55,477 bases of DNA from Nemertoderma westbladi (Eukaryota; Animalia; Xenacoelomorpha), in the NCBI GenBank assembly GCA_032718475.1, contig JAUCBJ010008876.1, positions 1-55,477 of the forward strand, given 5' to 3'. Below, in pieces: positions 49,641 to 55,477 of this stretch (position 1 is its first letter; each line of letters opens with the position of its first letter). The notes beneath the pieces are model-generated. The model searched no databases. It had not been told where the DNA came from and saw only the letters and a program-made list of their open reading frames with translations. Position numbers and translations under genes: made by a program.

Positions 49641-50090
49641 GCCGCCATCGTATCGTTCTGGATACATTGAATAGACTCCATCAGTCCATTGTCCATCGCG
49701 ATCGTTTCATTGTTACGTTTAATTGACTCCGTCGCCTCCTCGGATTAGGAATCCGGCCGGGTTTCGTAGACTCCGCCATCGTTCAGTGTTTTTAATCAAA
49801 GCCAGAATTCCGGCACCGGCACCACGATCAACGATTTCGGAAGTAACAGACTCCGTCAACAACACTCGGGGTTTAAAAAATACAACTATCGGGCAACTTG
49901 TAACTGGGCGATCATCTATCTGATAGTTGAAAAAGACTGTCTGACAGTTGGTATCAGACTATCTGATAGTTAGCGCCCCATGGGTAAATCCTTACCCCAT
50001 GGGCTGTTACCTCTCTGACTGACAGCGCAACAGCCCCTATAGACTGGTAGGGCCTAATAACTGTAGATTGAAATGGAGGGAAATTTGAAT

Positions 50091-50482
50091 TATTACTGTG
50101 GGGCGAGCGACGAAAGAGGGCGAGCTTAGCATAATGGTACCACTAACTCAATCGGTGTGTCTGTTGTTCTGTTGTGTTCAATTTTAAATGTTAATAACTC
50201 AGCCAAAATCGATGAAATCTATCCAAACTTGGTACACATGTAGTCTAGCAAAAGTTTAGAAATTTTCCAAGTTGAATTTCCGTGTGGCCTTCGAGAAGCT
50301 AAGATAATAGCAGTTAATTAATTAAATTAACATTAATTAAGTTGGTTGGGGTAAAAACAGCATTTTCAAGCCTGTCTTTTAATGGAAATTAATTATTTTA
50401 GAGAATAAGATACAAAGAATTATACCTAAAAGTTATACAGCTGTAATCCACATACCCCATTCCATGCCCTCGCCATTCTATT
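50091..50482. mobile_element. Possible Helentron-associated (HINE-like) short element
   Basis: GGCGAG...CTCGCC subterminal inverted motifs; GT-rich patch; CCAAACTTGGTACACATGTA core also present near 48545. Confidence 0.35.
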
Positions 50483-51047
50483 TCTATACCTCCCTCATTC
50501 CTTGGCATACTACAGTAGCTAGCTATTGCCTACTACTTGGCAATGGGTAATTACATCTATATAGGACATAAAGGCAGGGAACTACAACTAGTGTAACTAA
50601 TAAACCAGCTTGCTTTATCCTGCCTTTCATTTATCCTCTGTGCTCCTTTGGGTTGGGGTGGTGCAGATTAAGAGGGCGGTTGAAGCGAGGGGGGAACTTT
50701 CCTCTCTTCTTTGATTTATTCTTATAGGCGGTTTGGTTAAATTTCTTATTTATTTATTTAAACTTCTTAAGTACCGATTTTGGGATATAGTTGCTCAATT
50801 TTAATCTGTATCTGAAACTGAGCCTCGTGCAGCGCGAAGGCCCCACGAACGTGTATGTACTGCGCATTATTAAATTTATAATGTTTTGCACCAAATCTTA
50901 TGTTAATTTATATTCTAATCAAAATTTCACTAAAATATTACAGATGTCCAACTATAAGGTTATAAAAATTATGAAAAATATTACGAAAAATTATAAAAAA
51001 TTGCACCAGAAAAGCATGGAGAAGATATGTGTAGTGTATGTTGGATG

Positions 51048-51660
51048 TTAGCATCCTTTATCAATTTTATTAATGTGCTGTTTATTGATGGTGGGTGCGT
51101 GGTTTCGAATATGTAATTTTTCTGCGATTTTTCTATCAGGCCAATCCTTGCATCGGCGCAAAACTTTTGCCGTGAAGGGGTGGCGGTGCGTGTTGTCTAT
51201 TTGTGGGTGAAATTTCTGGTAGTGATCGTAGATTTTACTGTCTTTGTGTTTGGTACGGTAAAGATATTTGTGTCTGCTTACTCGAACTCTTATTGGGTCT
51301 TTTATTTCTCCAGCGTATGGTGCACTGCATATTGTACAATTTAGATGGTAGGTGATGTTTTTCGTGTTACAATTTGGAACGCCCAACGAACAAGTATAAC
51401 AGGGTTTATTTAAGGGTGCCGGATATGTTGGGGGATTAATAGCTGTTCTTATTAATTGTTGTTTGAGTTTAGGTCCTGAGGTGGATGCTACTTAGGCGAT
51501 TTCTTTCTTTTGTATGACTCTATTTATTTATTTTAGTATGCATTCGTTGATAAGGGTAATTTTATAGGTAGGCGCTTGAGTTTGGTGTTTCGTGTTCGGA
51601 TAATTCTGGAATTGTCGGAGATTTGTGTTTGTTTTAGTGCAGTTTGAAGTAGGGTGATTA
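51048..51660 (-). pseudogene. Penelope-like element fragment (GIY-YIG endonuclease)
   Basis: CNTKNITYHLNCTICSAPYAGE...RVSRH...AEKLHI....PTIN; the upstream linker has stops and frameshifts. Confidence 0.85.
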
Positions 51661-51976
51661 TCTTTTCAACTACAACTACAGTACAACAAACGTTCAATGC
51701 TCAGGTACTAGTACAGTCCCAATCCCAATAAACATTAACTTGGTCGTTTTGGCGGCCAAAATGACCAAAATCGCCAAAAAATATAGTGTATTCCTATGGG
51801 CTACACCCGGCTACTTGGTCGTTTTGGCGAAGCGATTTAACTCGACTCAGTCAAGTCCAGACAGCCCGTCTCCTTGGACATCCATTTGGTTGCTCTGATT
51901 AAATGTCGGCTCGCTTTCATTTTTATGATTGACAGATTGTTAACTTACCTGGAGCTGAGTCGGGCCTTTCAGTTGT

Positions 51977-53539
51977 AGTAAAAGACCACCCACTGAGGCA
52001 TTGATACAGCACATGCTAATACGTAATAAGGGAGTTAGTTGAATGCGGCTTTGTTAAAAGGAGGAGTATGTATAATAATCGGATTTTGTGTGTTATTATT
52101 AGATAATCACTTCTCACCTTTTCCTTTGTGTAGCTTCAGTTTAGAGTCATTATGAAATGGCAACGTGTTCTGTATGAAGGCGTCCTAATTATAGTTTTAT
52201 AGTTAGAAGCTGGGTCTGTGACAGGGCGAGAGGTAGCTATTAAATAGCGACACTCAGTCTCGAACGAGTTCGGTATACTGATGAAATTCAGATTTGACGG
52301 CGCGGCTGTTCGCGCTTTCAGACCTTTGGCAGTTTAACCCACCAAATTAAGATGTCTTCTAGATATTAAATCTGTTTTTAGTCTATGATAAGTATTTGAT
52401 TCACTACACTAGTCGAAACCAATCCGTGCGCGACCATTCACCCGCTGGATATTCCCGGGAGATTGGGTACGACGGTTTAATTTTTATTGCTATGTAAGCC
52501 TAATGTATTATTCGACTGACAGTATTATATAATCTCTGACAATATTATTCACCTTCGGGAATATTAACAGTTCCTTTAGGACGTGGCGCTTTATCTATAT
52601 AAACAGAGTTATGACTTAAACTACTCACAACGATATGGCTTAATTATAATTCACATATATGGCGCATTCTTTAGGAATTGCTTCTTTAACAGACTCACTC
52701 ATACACTATGCTGCACTATACTGCACACTAATCTGCCAATCTTCACTGATTTTAGTCACATATAAAAGGAATACAGGCTGACTCATGTAGGGTCTATCAA
52801 ATAACATTAGATTCACTTCAAACCACTTTAACATAAGTCACAATCGTTATTGGTAACCTTTCTCTCTTACCTTCGGTATATCAAGAATATTGGGTTGCGG
52901 GGTTATTTATCGTTATTCCAAATATAATAATTCATCAACCATATTATGAAGAACTGACAGTAAATAGCAGTATAAAACAACAACTGAACACTGATTGTTA
53001 CGAGTTTGCAATGTTTCAGCAGTCAGGATGTATGATCAGTTAGCAGTAGTCTTTAGGTATGTTAAAGGATATATGCCCTTTATAATTAAACCTACTAGTG
53101 TAAGACCAAAAACAGTAAGGCACAAAATACTTCCAAGCCGTTCTTTCTTAGGCTCAGGACTGAATGTAAACACTGCACATAGGCATTGCGTCATTTCTCG
53201 GAAATTTTCTGTACAAGGAGCCACAAAAACGCTCTCATTGGCTGACTGAACTGAGAGACGCCGTAGAACAAAGGAAATCAACAGGTATGAATGTCAGCTG
53301 TTAACCGTAGTCATAGTAACTACTGTTCAAGAGTAGCTATCACCCCTTTGCGTCACGAATTGCCATAGAATCATAAAATATGCCTTTCACAGTACACATA
53401 CGGAGGAAATAGGTCTTAGATCCTCTAAAAACACCGATACAGCAATAATACGGTCTCTTACACTTATTAAATCAACTACAGAGTATTTTAATGTAAAAGA
53501 TAATAAAAATAACGGGGCAATTCAGCAAAGGCTTTTACA
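51977..53539 (-). repeat. Family B 3' LTR, about 1.56 kb
   Basis: Starts TGTAAAAG. Candidate end CTTTTACT at 51977 is an imperfect inverted copy, so the end is tentative. TATTTAA box near 52240. Confidence 0.55.
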
Positions 53540-53617
53540 CCGCTCCCAGAAAATGGGATTTTCAGTCTATAAAATATAAAAATCACAGTTTCTAAAACCT
53601 AAAGATACTCTAAACAG

Positions 53618-53902
53618 TTAGTCTTTCTCGCGCGGACGGCGTTTACGCAGTTTTTTAAAGCTAGCAAGAGTCCTTTTCTCTTTGGGGGGAACCACTTTAC
53701 TAGGAGGGCCATAACTCCTGGGTGAAGGGTGCAATATGATTGCATTAGAAGGTTTGGGTTTACTGTCGGTGTCTCGTCCATTTCGATATGCTTCTCCTCG
53801 AGCTGATTTTCCTCCGCTTGTCATGGGATATGTTCGTCCAAAACTCTCGCAGAGAATAGGGTTTTCTAAGCTTGATATCTTTAGAGATTCGAGATTTCCC
53901 AA
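53618..53902 (-). CDS. Basic accessory ORF of family B copy 2, probably partial
   Basis: The last ~45 aa are homologous to 4759-5190 and end FKKLRKRRPREKD; the N-terminal part is unrelated. Confidence 0.45.
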   Translation of the reverse strand: MGNLESLKISSLENPILCESFGRTYPMTSGGKSARGEAYRNGRDTDSKPKPSNAIILHPSPRSYGPPSKVVPPKEKRTLASFKKLRKRRPREKD

Positions 53903-54642
53903 TCGAACCGAGATAAGGCCAATTCGTTTATCGATTGGACTTACTGTTATAACTTACGTTTATCTGAACAAACGCAGGTTTCCTTTTTGATCTTTATAGA
54001 ATCACGTTTAACTCGTTTCGTACAAAACTCTCCTTCACCTTGATGAAGGGTTGTATCGCGTTAAACGGGGACGACCATACGGTAGGATAGTGATATTAGG
54101 TGTCCGCATCACAATCCGGCTAGGTAAGATGGGCGGCTAGCTAGAAATCACTGTCGGAGTGTTACCGATTAATTGTTAGGGTAGCACTAGATCTTTGAAC
54201 AGTGAATACAGTCCACGAGGATCCGCGACACCACCAGGATCGCAGGTCTGAGGTCCGACTAAGGAATGAGGAGGTTTGATCGAGTATTCCGGGACTCTGA
54301 TCGTAGGTTTACTCCAGGATCGTTCGAGCCGAGTGAGCATAGGTGGTACGTCAAACAAGTTTCGCTCGAAACTCAAGTAAATATAACGAGCACAACTGTG
54401 TTTAACACAACGTTTCCGTGGATGTTTATGTCTTTCCGTTTATTGGCTGGATCTAGGGCATTTACCGTAATAATACCAAAGACGCACGTCTGGTAGGGGA
54501 AACGCGGGTGATATTTATTTGTTGTTACAATGCTTCTATCAAGAATTCTAAATATACGTTGGAGTTACCGCGTTTATTTGTTTCTTTAGTGTCTTTTCTT
54601 TCGAGTCGATTTCGAATAGAATTTTTGCATTCGAATTTCAGT

Positions 54643-54948
54643 TTATGGTTCCGACTCCGCTGGGCAGGATATATAGTCGACATAGTCCGTATTATGTAAA
54701 TCGATAGGATGACCAGTGGTCAAGAAGTCCATATACGTACCATTACGATGCGTGTAGTGAGCAGTGAACTTTCTATAATCCAATTCACGCACAAGTTGCT
54801 CCTGGGACATTGGCGGTTCGATATAACGACCATCGTCCTCCGTAGTAGTTGGATCAGCGTCGCCGCACATCAAGCCATCGACAAACGCCTGCAAAGGTAG
54901 AGTATATCGCTCCCCGATACTAAGACCATCTGCTATCAACTCCGTCAT
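54643..54948 (-). CDS. Possible acidic accessory ORF or exon in the family B internal region
   Basis: Open frame MTELIADGLS...ESEP in GC-elevated sequence; no recognisable homolog. Confidence 0.25.
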   Translation of the reverse strand: MTELIADGLSIGERYTLPLQAFVDGLMCGDADPTTTEDDGRYIEPPMSQEQLVRELDYRKFTAHYTHRNGTYMDFLTTGHPIDLHNTDYVDYISCPAESEP

Positions 54949-55477
54949 ATCTGCTATATGTGAGTTTATCCATATTATAATGAGTTTATATTTAGGCGAG
55001 CGGGCGTCGCTGCCTACCCAATCAACCCCCGGACAGTACGAGATCCTCAGCGCCGATGTGTCGTCGCCGCTGTACTTTCGCCAACGACGTAGCCGCACAA
55101 CGACAACGACAACCGGCACAAGTCACTCAACTGTCCGTCCCAAAGGCTTAGATGTACTTCAGGTTTTCCTTGGAGAGTTAGGTTATTTTACGATTGCGAC
55201 TGGCTACTGTAAACACACCTTAGTAGTAACATTCGCCTATAAACTCACAAGTACCACACACACAACTTGTCACAAATTACACACACTCGGGTCACTTGTC
55301 CGTTAGTCAATGCCTTCCAGAATGTCACTGTATTATTATGTATCCTTGGACACCATCAGTGCACTATTTATTCCCTATGCTATTCAATGGGACAAGCTTT
55401 CTATTGTTCTTTTAACTCAATTCTAATTCTAGCGTGGTTGTTGCTATGGTGACATTATGCAAAGCTAGCGGTAGAAT

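Larger units (their letters stand above)
44761..50037. mobile_element. Non-autonomous TIR DNA transposon carrying nested insertions (superfamily uncertain)
   Basis: GGGCTGTTGCGCTGTCAGTCAGAGAGGTAACAGCC at 44762-44796 plus TGGGGTAAGGATTTACC at 47007-47023 are the inverted copy of 49983-50037. Confidence 0.8.
51977..55477 (-). mobile_element. Family B LTR element, copy 2: 3' LTR plus at least 1.9 kb of non-pol internal region
   Basis: Inverted homolog of 5040-6484; PPT GGGAGCGG at 53540-53547, then TGTAAAAG. Confidence 0.65.

Noticed and set aside
50780-52300. Hammerhead ribozyme near the Penelope fragment (CTGATGA at about 52278)
   Set aside because: Could not find a matching GAAA core and stems by eye; a covariance-model search is needed

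Overview
Repeat-dense, AT-rich eukaryotic (most likely invertebrate animal) DNA with one recognisable host gene, an intronless HIBCH at 38501-39664 (-). From left to right: a CsRn1-type Ty3/Gypsy element (-) with a GGGAAAC -1 frameshift and one in-frame stop in pol; the 3' end of a second, unclassified LTR element with a basic accessory ORF and a long LTR; nested MITEs; and a GC-rich 22/45-bp satellite (10956-35348) split by a complete, very young BEL/Pao element with apparently identical 360-bp LTRs and a GCTAC TSD. Then follow an 18-bp array, HIBCH, hAT-like elements, RTE, CR1/L2, CRE and Penelope fragments, and an inverted, diverged second copy of the unclassified LTR element. Two observations stand out. 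(1) The 45-bp satellite unit plus its right flank translate to PIALQT/LGQPGPETT/SFLKEIGQGIHAVT, which aligns with the CRE-type endonuclease fragment at 47544-47873, so the satellite appears to have arisen from retrotransposon coding sequence. (2) An LTR element family carries non-pol accessory ORFs before the PPT and a mosaic LTR of about 1.5 kb. All alignments were made by eye.
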